Assembly: GCA_963745075.1 (NCBI GenBank)
Contig: CAVUWV010000031.1
Coordinates: 128,001 to 192,000, forward strand
Source of the DNA: Candidatus Hydrogenedentota bacterium
GTDB taxonomy: Bacteria; Hydrogenedentota; Hydrogenedentia; Hydrogenedentales; SLHB01
Direction of reading: 5' to 3'
DNA length: 64,000 nt
The first letter of the stretch is position 1. Every line of letters begins with the position of its first letter. Below the pieces are notes generated by a model. It searched no databases, had not been told where the DNA came from, and saw only the letters and a program-made list of their open reading frames with translations. Positions 1-9,251 of this stretch are shown here, piece after piece. The translations under genes were made by a program, and so were the position numbers.

Positions 1-1005
1 GGCACTGATCTGCGATACGCCCAAGGCGAAGGTTTCGCGGCGAATGTTCGGAGTTTCGCGGGTCGACATAATGATACCCGTGTAGGGAACGGCCAGCCGG
101 AGTATGGCGACGATCTTCCGGAAATCGATGTCGGAAACCGGGAACGGGGGCTGGCTGGCAATATCCGAGCCGTAGGCCGGTTCGAGGCGGGGTACGCTGA
201 TCGTATGGGGTCCCACGCCGAACGCCTTTTCCAGGTGCTCGATGTGTTGCATCAACGCGAGGATTTCGAAGCGCCAGTCAAACAACCCGAAGAGAATCCC
301 AACGCCGATATCGTCGATTCCGGCTTCCATGGCACGGTCGGGGGCCGTAATTCGCCAGTCGAAATCCGTCTTTTTCCCTTCCAGGTGCACCTTCGAGTAG
401 GTTCCGCGGTGGTACGTTTCCTGGAAGAGCTGATACGTACCGATATGGGCCGCCTTCAACTCGTGGAACTCCTCGACGGTAAGGGGTGCGATGTTGACGT
501 TTACCCGCCGGATTTCGCCGCGCCCGCTCTTGATGGCGTAGATGGTTTCCAGGCATTTCAAGACGTAGGAAAACCCCTCGACCGGATACGATTCGCCGGC
601 GACCAGGAGGATACGCTTGTGTCCTTGTTCGATGATGACTTTCGTCTCACGGGCAACTTCGTCTTGCGTAAGTGCGCGGCGTTTCACCCCCTTGTTAGTC
701 TTGCGAAAGGCGCAGTAGAGGCATTCGTTAGAGCAGAGGTTAGACACGTAGAGCGGGGCAAAGAGCACGAGGCGCCGCCCGTAAATCTCCTCTTTTGCAT
801 GGCGGGCCGTATCGAAGACTTCGCCGAGCAGTTCGGGGTCGCTGACCGCCATGAGCACGGCGACTTCCCGGGCATCGAGGCCTTTGAGTTCGAGGGCTTT
901 CGCGAGCACCTCGCGTACGCGGGACGCGTCTTTGTCCGCACCGTAAGCAAGCGTGGCTTCAATACGCTCTTCGTCGATGGGGACTGAGTTTCGTAGGCTT
1001 AACAT
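1..1005 (-). CDS. hydG: [FeFe]-hydrogenase H-cluster radical SAM maturase HydG (3' end outside the window)
   Basis: Not in the ORF track because it runs off the edge. Manual translation from ATG 1005 (GGAG RBS, overlaps the kinase stop): MLSLRNSVPIDEERIEATL...IYGRRLVLFAPLYVSNLCSNECLYCAFRK (CxxxCxxC) ... LRLAVPYTGIIMSTRE...GVSQISA. HydG/ThiH family; hydrogenase operon context favours HydG. Confidence 0.9.
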   Translation of the reverse strand, partial: MLSLRNSVPIDEERIEATLAYGADKDASRVREVLAKALELKGLDAREVAVLMAVSDPELLGEVFDTARHAKEEIYGRRLVLFAPLYVSNLCSNECLYCAFRKTNKGVKRRALTQDEVARETKVIIEQGHKRILLVAGESYPVEGFSYVLKCLETIYAIKSGRGEIRRVNVNIAPLTVEEFHELKAAHIGTYQLFQETYHRGTYSKVHLEGKKTDFDWRITAPDRAMEAGIDDIGVGILFGLFDWRFEILALMQHIEHLEKAFGVGPHTISVPRLEPAYGSDIASQPPFPVSDIDFRKIVAILRLAVPYTGIIMSTRETPNIRRETFALGVSQISA

Positions 1006-2360
1006 GATAAAAGTTTCTCCATAGTCTGTTGGTCCAGGTCGGCCGGCGGCTGGGGGATATTCAGAACGAATTCCGCCCAGTGCCCAGCCTCGGACTCCGC
1101 ACGGACATCGCCGCCGTGCAGTTTGGCGATGCGCCACACCGAATACAGTCCGATACCGGTGCCGGGTATACGCTTTTTTTGGGCCGTCTGCAGCCGCGAG
1201 TACGGTCGAAACAATAAAGGCCGCTCCTCCGGCGCGAATCCAATGCCTTCGTTCCAGACAAGGATACGAATACCTGCGACAGACGGCTCCACGGTGAGGC
1301 GAACTTCGCCGCCTTTCTTTCCATACTTGACCGCGTTGGACATCAGATTGCCAACGGCGATCCGCAAGAGTTCCGGCTCGCAAATCGCATGGATTGGGGA
1401 CGACGGCACGGTCCGGGTCAACCACATATTCTTGTTTTCCAACTGGGCGCTACCGATGTCGACCGCTGGATCGAGGACGTCGACGACCAGATCCTCCACG
1501 TCGTGGAATTGTGGTTCCGCGCTCAACGTCTCAACCCGGGTCAGGTCGAGGTAGTCGCGCGCGAGCAGCAGCACGTGCTCCGATTTCGCGATAATACGCT
1601 GGACTTTTCGGCGCTGGCGCGGGGTCAAGTCGCCGAGATACCCTTCGGCAAGCACGCGCGCGTCCATGACAATCGAGGCTACGGGACTTTTGACTTCGTG
1701 GCTGACAAAGGCCAGGAGTTCACGGTATGCGTGGTTGGCGGCCTCGAGTCGTTCAATGTGATAGGCCTTTTCGACCGCCTGCCCCAATCGTTCAACCATT
1801 GCCATTTGGAGGCCCGCCTGGTGGCGGTCGTAGGTACGGGTGCGGCGAGAACTCCGAAACAGGAATCCCACGCGCCTGCCCGAAACGGTAAGGGGACAGG
1901 TCATGCTGGACCGCACGCCCTCGCGCACCAGAAGCGCCGTGGACCGGCTGGCGGGTTTTCGCTCCAAATACGTTTCGAGATCGTTGATAATCCGAATACG
2001 GCCGCGTTGAAGGATCGCCTCGAGCGAACTGCCTTTGAGGTCTTCGCCGTAGCCGCGCTCGAGGAGTAGCGGATCGTAATCCGCACGCGACCAATAGGCG
2101 GCCACGCGGGCGCCGTCTTCTTCGAGAAACGCCAACCCCATGCGGTCGCAGGGAAACAATTCGCGCGTGCTCTCGAACACGAAGTTCATGATGACGTCCA
2201 GGGATTCCCCGGCCGCGACGCGTTGGTTGACGGTATCCAAGACCGCGCGCTCCCGCTCGGAAAACGCATCGGGACTCGCCTCTTCCGCGTTCACGTCGAC
2301 GAATTGAAGGACGTCGTTACGTTCTCGTTGGCTGGAGCGCGCTGTCGTCATAGCGGTCAC
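999..2360 (-). CDS. GAF-domain sensor histidine kinase (cytoplasmic)
   Basis: N-terminal GAF-like region, H-box VSHEVKSP, N-box NLMSNAVKY, G boxes (EGIG, GTGIGL); no obvious transmembrane segment. Confidence 0.9.
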   Translation of the reverse strand: MTAMTTARSSQRERNDVLQFVDVNAEEASPDAFSERERAVLDTVNQRVAAGESLDVIMNFVFESTRELFPCDRMGLAFLEEDGARVAAYWSRADYDPLLLERGYGEDLKGSSLEAILQRGRIRIINDLETYLERKPASRSTALLVREGVRSSMTCPLTVSGRRVGFLFRSSRRTRTYDRHQAGLQMAMVERLGQAVEKAYHIERLEAANHAYRELLAFVSHEVKSPVASIVMDARVLAEGYLGDLTPRQRRKVQRIIAKSEHVLLLARDYLDLTRVETLSAEPQFHDVEDLVVDVLDPAVDIGSAQLENKNMWLTRTVPSSPIHAICEPELLRIAVGNLMSNAVKYGKKGGEVRLTVEPSVAGIRILVWNEGIGFAPEERPLLFRPYSRLQTAQKKRIPGTGIGLYSVWRIAKLHGGDVRAESEAGHWAEFVLNIPQPPADLDQQTMEKLLSC

Positions 2361-4289
2361 CTATTCAATGAATTTCCCCCGTGGCGTGTATTGCGTATGC
2401 AACAGCTTATGGCTGAGATGGCCACAGGGCCCGTCGGTTAGAAAATCGTTGTAGACCCGGACAATTGCCGGGTTTTCATGGGACTTGCGCACGCTGTATG
2501 CGCGATCTTCCGAGTAGATTGCCTGCGCGCGCGCCGCGCGAATCGCGGGGCTGGTCGGTATCGGCTGGCCGCCGCCACCGAGGCATCCGCCGGGGCAGGC
2601 CATGAATTCGATGAAGTGGCACTCGCTGAACTTTCCGCCGGCTTTGATGTCTTCCATGACTTTCTTGGCATAGGCCGTGCCGTGCGCCACGGCCACCTTG
2701 AGCGTAGCGCCCTTCAACCACTCCCAATCGTCGATCAGCCCTTTCAACAGTTCCGGTACCGGCCCCACCTCGGTGACGGGGACTTCGGCGTACCGGATTC
2801 CTTCGAAACCACGCACCGGAATGATTTCAGCGTGGTCGAAGAAGCTTTCGACTTTCTTGCCCGTCACGAGTTCGATGACGGTACGCAACGCAGCTTCCAT
2901 GACGCCGCCGGAGGCGCCGAAAATGACGCCGGAACCGGTGGCGGTACCGAACGGATCGTCGAAATCCGATTTCGGTAAATCCGGAAGGTAGATGCCGGCT
3001 TCGCTGATCATCTTGCCCAGTTCGCGGGTCGTGAGACCGTAGTCGATGTCCTTGTACCCGCTATCGCACATTTCGGGGCGGTTGCACTCGAACTTTTTCG
3101 CCGAACACGGCATCAACGCGACAGCGACGATGTCCTTGGGGTCGATCTTGTTGAGATGGGCGTAATACGTCTTGATGAGCGCGCCAAACATCTGCTGCGG
3201 ACTCTTCGCGCTGGAGAGGTGCGTGAGGTACTCGGGGTAGAAGTGTTCGATGTACTTCACCCACCCCGGCGAACAGCTCGTAAACTGCGGGATGGCAACC
3301 GGTTCCTTGTCGACCAGCGCTTTTTTCAGGCGCAGCAGCAGTTCCGTGCCTTCCTCGATGATGGTGAGGTCCGCCGTGAAGTTGGTATCGAAGACCTTGT
3401 CAAATCCGCACAACCGAAGCGCCGTGTTCATCTCGAAGGTCAACGCCCGGCCTGGCGGGAGTCCGAAACACTCGCCAATACCGGCTCGTGGGCTCGGCGC
3501 CGTCTGCATGATGACGTGTTTCGTTGGGTCGTCGATGGCCGCCCAAACCTCGTCGGTCGGGTCGTTGGCGCGGAGCGCACCCGTGGGACAGCGATTGATG
3601 CACTGGCCGCAGTTGATGCAGATGACTTCCGCGAGCGGTTTGTCCATGAAGGTGGTAACCTTGGACTCGGCGCCGCGGCCTTCGACTTCGAGCACGCCGA
3701 CTTCCTGGAAGTCGATACAGGTGCGAATGCAGCGCCGGCACAACACGCATTTGTTCATGTCGCGCACGACCGAGTGGCTCGACGTGTCGATCTCGAACAG
3801 GGGCTTGTCGGGATGGCCGAACCGGAAGAAATCGACGCCGTATTCCTTGGCGAGGCTCTGCAGTTCGCAATTGTTGTTGCGGTTGCAGGCATAACACTCG
3901 CCGTAGTGATTTGCGAGGAGCAGGTCGAGTATGTGACGGCGCGCCAGGCGCACCTTGCGCGAATGGGTTTTTACCTTGATGGGTTGCGTGATGGGAAACG
4001 CGCATGACGCTTGCAGCGTGCGCTGGCCCTCCACCTCGACAACACACATGCGACACACGCCGGCCACGCACAGATCCTCGTGGTGGCAAAGCGTCGGAAT
4101 GCGCACGCCAAGTTCTTTGGCCGCATCAAGAATCGTGGTGCCGATAGGCACCTTGAGCTTCTTCCCGTCAATTTCTAATGAGACTTGTCCGCCGATGGCG
4201 GTCGTGTCTTTCGTCGGTTCGATCTGTTGACCTCGCTGGCTGACTGGCGCCCGCGATACATCCTTTCCAAAAGTGCTGGTCTCCGACAT
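2361..4289 (-). CDS. hydA: Group A [FeFe]-hydrogenase catalytic subunit (HydA/HndD-like)
   Basis: H-cluster motifs FTSCSPGW, MPCSAKKFE and EFMACPGGCLGGGGQP; N-terminal [2Fe-2S], His-ligated [4Fe-4S] (HYGECYACNRNNNC) and two [4Fe-4S] motifs (CVLCRRC, CINCGQC). Confidence 0.96.
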   Translation of the reverse strand: MSETSTFGKDVSRAPVSQRGQQIEPTKDTTAIGGQVSLEIDGKKLKVPIGTTILDAAKELGVRIPTLCHHEDLCVAGVCRMCVVEVEGQRTLQASCAFPITQPIKVKTHSRKVRLARRHILDLLLANHYGECYACNRNNNCELQSLAKEYGVDFFRFGHPDKPLFEIDTSSHSVVRDMNKCVLCRRCIRTCIDFQEVGVLEVEGRGAESKVTTFMDKPLAEVICINCGQCINRCPTGALRANDPTDEVWAAIDDPTKHVIMQTAPSPRAGIGECFGLPPGRALTFEMNTALRLCGFDKVFDTNFTADLTIIEEGTELLLRLKKALVDKEPVAIPQFTSCSPGWVKYIEHFYPEYLTHLSSAKSPQQMFGALIKTYYAHLNKIDPKDIVAVALMPCSAKKFECNRPEMCDSGYKDIDYGLTTRELGKMISEAGIYLPDLPKSDFDDPFGTATGSGVIFGASGGVMEAALRTVIELVTGKKVESFFDHAEIIPVRGFEGIRYAEVPVTEVGPVPELLKGLIDDWEWLKGATLKVAVAHGTAYAKKVMEDIKAGGKFSECHFIEFMACPGGCLGGGGQPIPTSPAIRAARAQAIYSEDRAYSVRKSHENPAIVRVYNDFLTDGPCGHLSHKLLHTQYTPRGKFIE

Positions 4290-4292
4290 GCT

Positions 4293-5525
4293 CTACTCCT
4301 TACCCGCCGCGGCGAGATCCGTGCGTCCCATGATTTCGTCCGGGAAGTGCTTCACGATGGACAGGAAGGCGTTGGGGCTCGACTGGCCCAACCCGCACTT
4401 CGAGGCCAACTGCATCGTTTCCCCGAGCGAACAGAGTTCGCGCAGGTATTTCATCGAGCAGTTACCGCTCCAAAGCAGTTCCACGCCTTCCAAGAGTTTC
4501 TGGGTGCCGGCGCGGCACGGTGTGCACTGTCCGCAGGACTCATCGACGAAGAATTCGAGGAAATTGTGGGCGACGGACAACATGTCCCGTTGGGGTCCGA
4601 ACACGATGATGGACCCGCCCGTCGGGATATCTTCAAAGGCGAGTGTTCGCGCAAATTCGCCGGCCGGAACGCAATGGCCGGATGCGCCGCCCACCTGGAC
4701 CGCTTTGGCGTCTTCTCCGCCGACTTCCTGGAGCAGTTCGGCAATGGAAATTCCCATGGGAAACTCGTAGACGCCGGGACGTTCGCAGTCGCCGGATACG
4801 CTGAACAGTTTCAGGCCGGAGGATTTGTCGGTCCCGATCCCTTTGAACCAACTCGCGCCCTTGGCGAGAATGCAGGCGGCCCAGGCCAGGGTTTCGACGT
4901 TGTTGACGATGGTGGGATGGCCCATGTAGCCGGTGTCCACCGGGAAGGGGGGACGGTTACGCGGTTCACCGCGATTGCCTTCCAAGGACTCGATCAGCGC
5001 GGTCTCTTCACCACATACATAGGCCCCGGAACCCATCCGGATCGTAATGTCGAAGGCGAACCCTTCGCGGCCGAGGATGTTTTCGCCCAGCAGGTTCTCA
5101 CTGCGCCGCCGTTCCAGCACGGCTTCCAGCAAGGGGCGCAAGTAAGTGTATTCGCCGCGGAGGTACACGATGCCGTTCTTTGCGCCGATAGCAATTGCGG
5201 CAATCGTCATCCCCTCGAATACGAGATCCGCGTATTCGGTCAGAATGACGCGATCCTTGAACGTACCGGGTTCCCCTTCGTCCGCGTTGCACACGACGTA
5301 TTTCGTGTCGTCGCGCGCGGCAGCGGCAAGATTCCACTTGACGCCGGTGGGAAACCCCGCGCCGCCGCGGCCGCGTATACCGGATGCACTAATCTCTCCG
5401 ATGGTATAGGCCCGGCTCATCTTGACAGCGTACCGGAGGCCGGCATTGGGTTTGACCGTACCAAAGGTTAACGTGCCGGTCCGGGTTGGTTGAATACTTT
5501 CTGCGTGGCTCATGGTCGCACTCAT
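4293..5525 (-). CDS. hydB: NuoF-like FMN/NAD(H)-binding hydrogenase beta subunit (short form, ~410 aa)
   Basis: GIRGRGGAGFPTG, CNADEGEPGTFKDR, GAYVCGEET and ESCGQCTPCR...CGLG; start at ATG 5525 (ATGA overlap with the hydC stop). Confidence 0.92.
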   Translation of the reverse strand: MSATMSHAESIQPTRTGTLTFGTVKPNAGLRYAVKMSRAYTIGEISASGIRGRGGAGFPTGVKWNLAAAARDDTKYVVCNADEGEPGTFKDRVILTEYADLVFEGMTIAAIAIGAKNGIVYLRGEYTYLRPLLEAVLERRRSENLLGENILGREGFAFDITIRMGSGAYVCGEETALIESLEGNRGEPRNRPPFPVDTGYMGHPTIVNNVETLAWAACILAKGASWFKGIGTDKSSGLKLFSVSGDCERPGVYEFPMGISIAELLQEVGGEDAKAVQVGGASGHCVPAGEFARTLAFEDIPTGGSIIVFGPQRDMLSVAHNFLEFFVDESCGQCTPCRAGTQKLLEGVELLWSGNCSMKYLRELCSLGETMQLASKCGLGQSSPNAFLSIVKHFPDEIMGRTDLAAAGKE

Positions 5526-6043
5526 ACCAACTGCTCCTGCGTGGTTTGGGCCGCGTGCACACCGAATACCTTCCGGCATCCTTCGACGATGTCGTGCACC
5601 TTATCGGATGTGACCCGGGTAAAGACGTGGTCGTTTACCAGCAATGCCGGTCCCTGGTCGCACATGCCGATACAATTGGCCCATTCCAGGGTAAAATGGC
5701 CATCGGGCGTGGTTTCACCGAAAAAGATGCCGAGTTCGCTTTCCAGTTGCCGCGCGAGCCGGCTCTTGCCATGGATGTCGCACGAGATGGTCCGGCACAA
5801 CCGAATGACGAAGCGCCCCTTGGGGCGCCAGTCGAGGAAGCTGTAGAACGACACAACGCCGTAGACTTCGACGGGATGAATGTCAAGCACGTCGGCGACG
5901 ATCTGCATGGCAAAATCGGAAACCCGGGCGTGTTTGCGCTGGATCTCTTGGAGGATGGGGATGAGGGCGCCGCGGTCGCGACCATAGGTTTCGGCCCACG
6001 ACTGGATTTCCTTCCGGAATTGATCCTGTTCGGTCGTCAGCAT
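5522..6043 (-). CDS. hydC: NuoE-like [2Fe-2S] hydrogenase gamma subunit
   Basis: LIPILQEIQ, EVYGVVSFYS and CRTISC...CIGMC thioredoxin-like [2Fe-2S] motif. Confidence 0.92.
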   Translation of the reverse strand: MLTTEQDQFRKEIQSWAETYGRDRGALIPILQEIQRKHARVSDFAMQIVADVLDIHPVEVYGVVSFYSFLDWRPKGRFVIRLCRTISCDIHGKSRLARQLESELGIFFGETTPDGHFTLEWANCIGMCDQGPALLVNDHVFTRVTSDKVHDIVEGCRKVFGVHAAQTTQEQLV

Positions 6044-6046
6044 CGG

Positions 6047-6427
6047 TCAACCCTCCTTCGCGGCAAGCAGGCGCTTGACCTTGCCGACGAGCGTCGCCGG
6101 GTCTACCGGTTTTTCCTGGAATTCATCGACCGGCACCACATCACTGTCGCGGTCGTACGCGAGGCCACTCACCTTGCTGATGCTCGTCAGCATGAGAATG
6201 GGTTTGTCGAACCCTTCGCGGCGGAGATCCTGCGCCATTGCCATGCCGTCGTCCGGCTGCTCCATCATGACGTCCAGAATGACGAGATCGGGCAACGAAG
6301 CCTCGATGGCTGCCATACCGGTGGCCCGGCTATTGGCACTGGTCACCTCGAACCCTTCGCGCTCGAGGAAGAGCGCACAGGCCTCGGTGATGTCCGGGTC
6401 GTCGTCGACTACGAGAATCTTGGCCAT
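6047..6427 (-). CDS. Stand-alone response regulator receiver (CheY-like)
   Basis: KILVVDDD, DLVILDVMM, MLTS and KP motifs; first gene of the hydrogenase operon. Confidence 0.92.
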   Translation of the reverse strand: MAKILVVDDDPDITEACALFLEREGFEVTSANSRATGMAAIEASLPDLVILDVMMEQPDDGMAMAQDLRREGFDKPILMLTSISKVSGLAYDRDSDVVPVDEFQEKPVDPATLVGKVKRLLAAKEG

Positions 6428-6514
6428 ACTTCTACCTCTTGTCGGTTATCGGCGCTGCCGCCGCTGATCCGGTCTCCGGAAGGCCATTCCGGAGAAGCCA
6501 CAGTTGGAACCGGG

Positions 6515-6542
6515 ATTAATCGTGATTTATTTCACGATTAAT
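6515..6542. promoter_or_regulatory. Perfect palindromic operator, Rex/CRP-like
   Basis: ATTAATCGTGA-TTTATT-TCACGATTAAT (11-bp arms), directly downstream of the predicted hydrogenase promoter. Confidence 0.7.
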
Positions 6543-6551
6543 GTCGACACT

Positions 6552-6580
6552 CTTATACCGTGTTCTAAAAGGAAATGCAA
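6552..6580 (-). promoter_or_regulatory. sigma70-type promoter of the hydrogenase operon
   Basis: Minus strand TTGCAT-N17-TATAAG. Confidence 0.55.
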
Positions 6581-6982
6581 ATTTTCCGTAAGACAACCAC
6601 TAAAGGGAGTGCATATTCGATGCCAACATATTCAAACTAAAGGGTTTATACATAAAACGGGCATAAGATCCTGCGGCCATGCCTGTTATGCACGAACGAG
6701 CAGGTGTGGCGATGCTATGCGGCTTATCGAAAGCCGAGAGTGTGCACACATCCGTCAAGGACATATCTGTTCAAATCGATGATTTTCGGACTCTCCCCCC
6801 GTGGATCCGGGCGGCGGACCGACACGCCACGTCCGGCTTGCGTTGGGAATCGCGAGTTGGGGCGAGTTTGCGTTGGGCAAAGACGGATGGTAGCTTGTTG
6901 CGTCGACGTGCAGGACCGCGCCGTGCACCGGGCGTGGAATCGGCTGGGACGTCGGGGACCGCACGATGGGAGGACACGACGA

Positions 6983-8074
6983 ATGGCACAGCTTGACAAG
7001 TATCTGAAGGCGATGGTCGAACATGGGGCCTCCGACCTGCATTACTGCACGGGGTGCAAACCCATATTTCGCAAAGACGGCTCGATTGCGGCGTTACGCA
7101 CCGAGGAGAATCTGGAAGCGCAGACGGTTAAGAGCGTGCTGTACGAGATCATGCCGGAGGAGAACGAGAAGCAGTTCAACGAGGTACACGACACGGACTT
7201 TGCGTACGAACTCGAAGGGTACGGCCGGTTTCGGTGCAATGTCTTTATGGACCACAAGGGAATGGGGGGGGTGTTTCGTCTGATTCCCACGGAAATCCTG
7301 ACCTGCGAACAATTGGGATTGCCCGATGCGGTGAAGAAGTTCTGCACGATGAGCAAGGGCCTGGTCCTGGTGACGGGCCCCACGGGAAGCGGGAAGTCTA
7401 CGACGCTGGCAGCCCTGATCGATCTCATTAACGCGACGCGGAGCGATCACATAATCACCATTGAAGATCCGATCGAGTTCGTGCACAAGAATAAGCGGTG
7501 TCTGATCAATCAGCGGGAGGTCCACACCCACACCAAGGGCTTCAAGGCGGCCCTGCGCGCGGCCTTACGTGAGGACCCGGACATCGTGCTGGTTGGTGAA
7601 ATGCGCGACCTGGAGACCACCCATATCGCGATCGAAACCGCGGAAACGGGGCATTTGGTGTTCGGCACGCTGCATACGACAACGGCGATTTCGACCGTCG
7701 ACCGGCTGATCGATCAATTCCCTTCCGAGCAGCAACAGCAGATCCGGACCATGCTGGCCGGTACGTTGAAGGGGGTGGTTGCCCAGAACCTGCTCAAGAA
7801 GAAGGGCGGCGGCCGGGTAGCGGCACTGGAGGTTCTCGTTGTGAACGCGGCAGTTTCGTCGCTAATCCGGGAAGCCAAGAACAATCAGATCATGAGTATT
7901 ATGCAGACCGCCAAGAAGGAGGGCATGACGCTCCTGAACGACGAATTGGCCAGATTCGTGAAGCAGGACATCGTGGAAGCCGAGGAGGCGTGGAAGAAAG
8001 CGGTCGACAAAGACGGGTTCATGAAAGCCCTCGAATCGGCCGGCGTCACGTCATTCAAACCACCGGCGGAGTAG
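6983..8074 (+). CDS. pilT: Type IV pilus retraction ATPase PilT
   Basis: MAQLDKYL...GASDLH, Walker A GPTGSGKST, TIEDPIE, LREDPD..LVGEMRD and AETGHLVFGTLHT. Confidence 0.93.
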   Translation: MAQLDKYLKAMVEHGASDLHYCTGCKPIFRKDGSIAALRTEENLEAQTVKSVLYEIMPEENEKQFNEVHDTDFAYELEGYGRFRCNVFMDHKGMGGVFRLIPTEILTCEQLGLPDAVKKFCTMSKGLVLVTGPTGSGKSTTLAALIDLINATRSDHIITIEDPIEFVHKNKRCLINQREVHTHTKGFKAALRAALREDPDIVLVGEMRDLETTHIAIETAETGHLVFGTLHTTTAISTVDRLIDQFPSEQQQQIRTMLAGTLKGVVAQNLLKKKGGGRVAALEVLVVNAAVSSLIREAKNNQIMSIMQTAKKEGMTLLNDELARFVKQDIVEAEEAWKKAVDKDGFMKALESAGVTSFKPPAE

Positions 8075-8246
8075 GATACTCGCATGGCGTTTCATGCGCC
8101 GGCAGGGTTTGTTTTGGTGTGCGCTATGGTAAATGGTGGTCCGAACGCGTTAGGCTAGGACTACTTGTGACGAACATATCGCGGAACGGCAATAATGGTT
8201 CCCGGCGACGTGTAACAGCGAATTGGGCTTGCGAGGAGAATTCACC

Positions 8247-9170
8247 ATGGATCGTAGAGATTTCTTGACTTCCGGTATCGCCGCAGCAGGCGCGACCGCC
8301 CTGGCCGCCGCCGGTCAGCAGACGGCTTCGGCCGGCGCGAATGAATCGAAAGGGTTCACGCTGAAGTACGCTCCGCACTTTGGCATGTTCAAGAACAGTG
8401 CGGGCGACGACCCGATCGATCAACTCAAGTTCATGGCGGACCAGGGGTTTACGGCCATGGAAGACAACGGTATGAAGGGTAAGCCGGTCGAGTTGCAGGA
8501 GAAGATCGCCCAGGAAATGACACGGCTTGGCATGACGATGGGGGTATTCGTTGCAACGGCGGACTTCGGCGAAGTGACTTTTGCGTCGAACGACCCAGAA
8601 ATCCGCAAGAAGCTGGTGCAAGATATGAAGGATTCCGTTGAAGTGGCCAAGCGGGTCAACGCGAAATGGTGCACGGTGGTTTGCGGACGCTACGACGTGG
8701 GCCGGGAGTGGGATTATCAGACAGCCTATGCCATCGACAATCTGAAGGCCTGCGCGGAGGTCTGCGAGCCGCACGGTCTGGTCATGGTTCTCGAAGCGCT
8801 CAACCCGTGGAAGGACCATCCGGGAATGTTTTTGTCGAAGATCCCGCAGAACTACATGATCTGTCAGTCGGTGGGGAGTCCGTCATGCAAGATTTTATTC
8901 GACATGTACCACCAGCAGATTACCGAGGGGAACATCATTCCGAATATCGACCGGGCATGGGACGAGATCGCGTACTTCCAGATCGGTGACAACCCCGGCC
9001 GGAAAGAGCCTACGACCGGCGAAGTCAACTACCGGAACATATTCAAGCACCTTCATACCAAAGGGTACGAGGGTGTCCTTGGGATGGAGCATGGCAACTC
9101 GAAGCCGGGCAAGGAAGGCGAGCAGGCCGTAATCGACGCATACCGGTATTCCGACAGCTACGACGTGTAA
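8247..9170 (+). CDS. Tat-exported hydroxypyruvate isomerase-family TIM-barrel protein
   Basis: MDRRDFL twin-arginine signal; LEALN, FDMYHQQITEGN, GDNPGRKEPTTGEVNY and GMEH. Confidence 0.85.
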   Translation: MDRRDFLTSGIAAAGATALAAAGQQTASAGANESKGFTLKYAPHFGMFKNSAGDDPIDQLKFMADQGFTAMEDNGMKGKPVELQEKIAQEMTRLGMTMGVFVATADFGEVTFASNDPEIRKKLVQDMKDSVEVAKRVNAKWCTVVCGRYDVGREWDYQTAYAIDNLKACAEVCEPHGLVMVLEALNPWKDHPGMFLSKIPQNYMICQSVGSPSCKILFDMYHQQITEGNIIPNIDRAWDEIAYFQIGDNPGRKEPTTGEVNYRNIFKHLHTKGYEGVLGMEHGNSKPGKEGEQAVIDAYRYSDSYDV

Positions 9171-9190
9171 CCCCGATTTACGTCGCTCAT

Positions 9191-9224
9191 GGCCCGAACC
9201 GTTCCAGATGCGGTTCGGGCCTTT
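9191..9224. terminator. Hairpin terminator between convergent genes
   Basis: GGCCCGAACCG-N9-CGGTTCGGGCC followed by TTT. Confidence 0.6.
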
Positions 9225-9251
9225 ACCGTGCCGGGTCGGACTGGGGAAGTC

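Noticed and set aside
205..987. 260-aa plus-strand ORF, and many similar long antisense ORFs (e.g. 4185-5471, 48869-50398)
   Set aside because: Shadow ORFs opposite well-supported genes in GC-rich DNA; no motifs of their own.
6599..6644. ACTAAAGGG direct repeat upstream of the hydrogenase promoter
   Set aside because: Only 9 bp twice; too weak to call a site.
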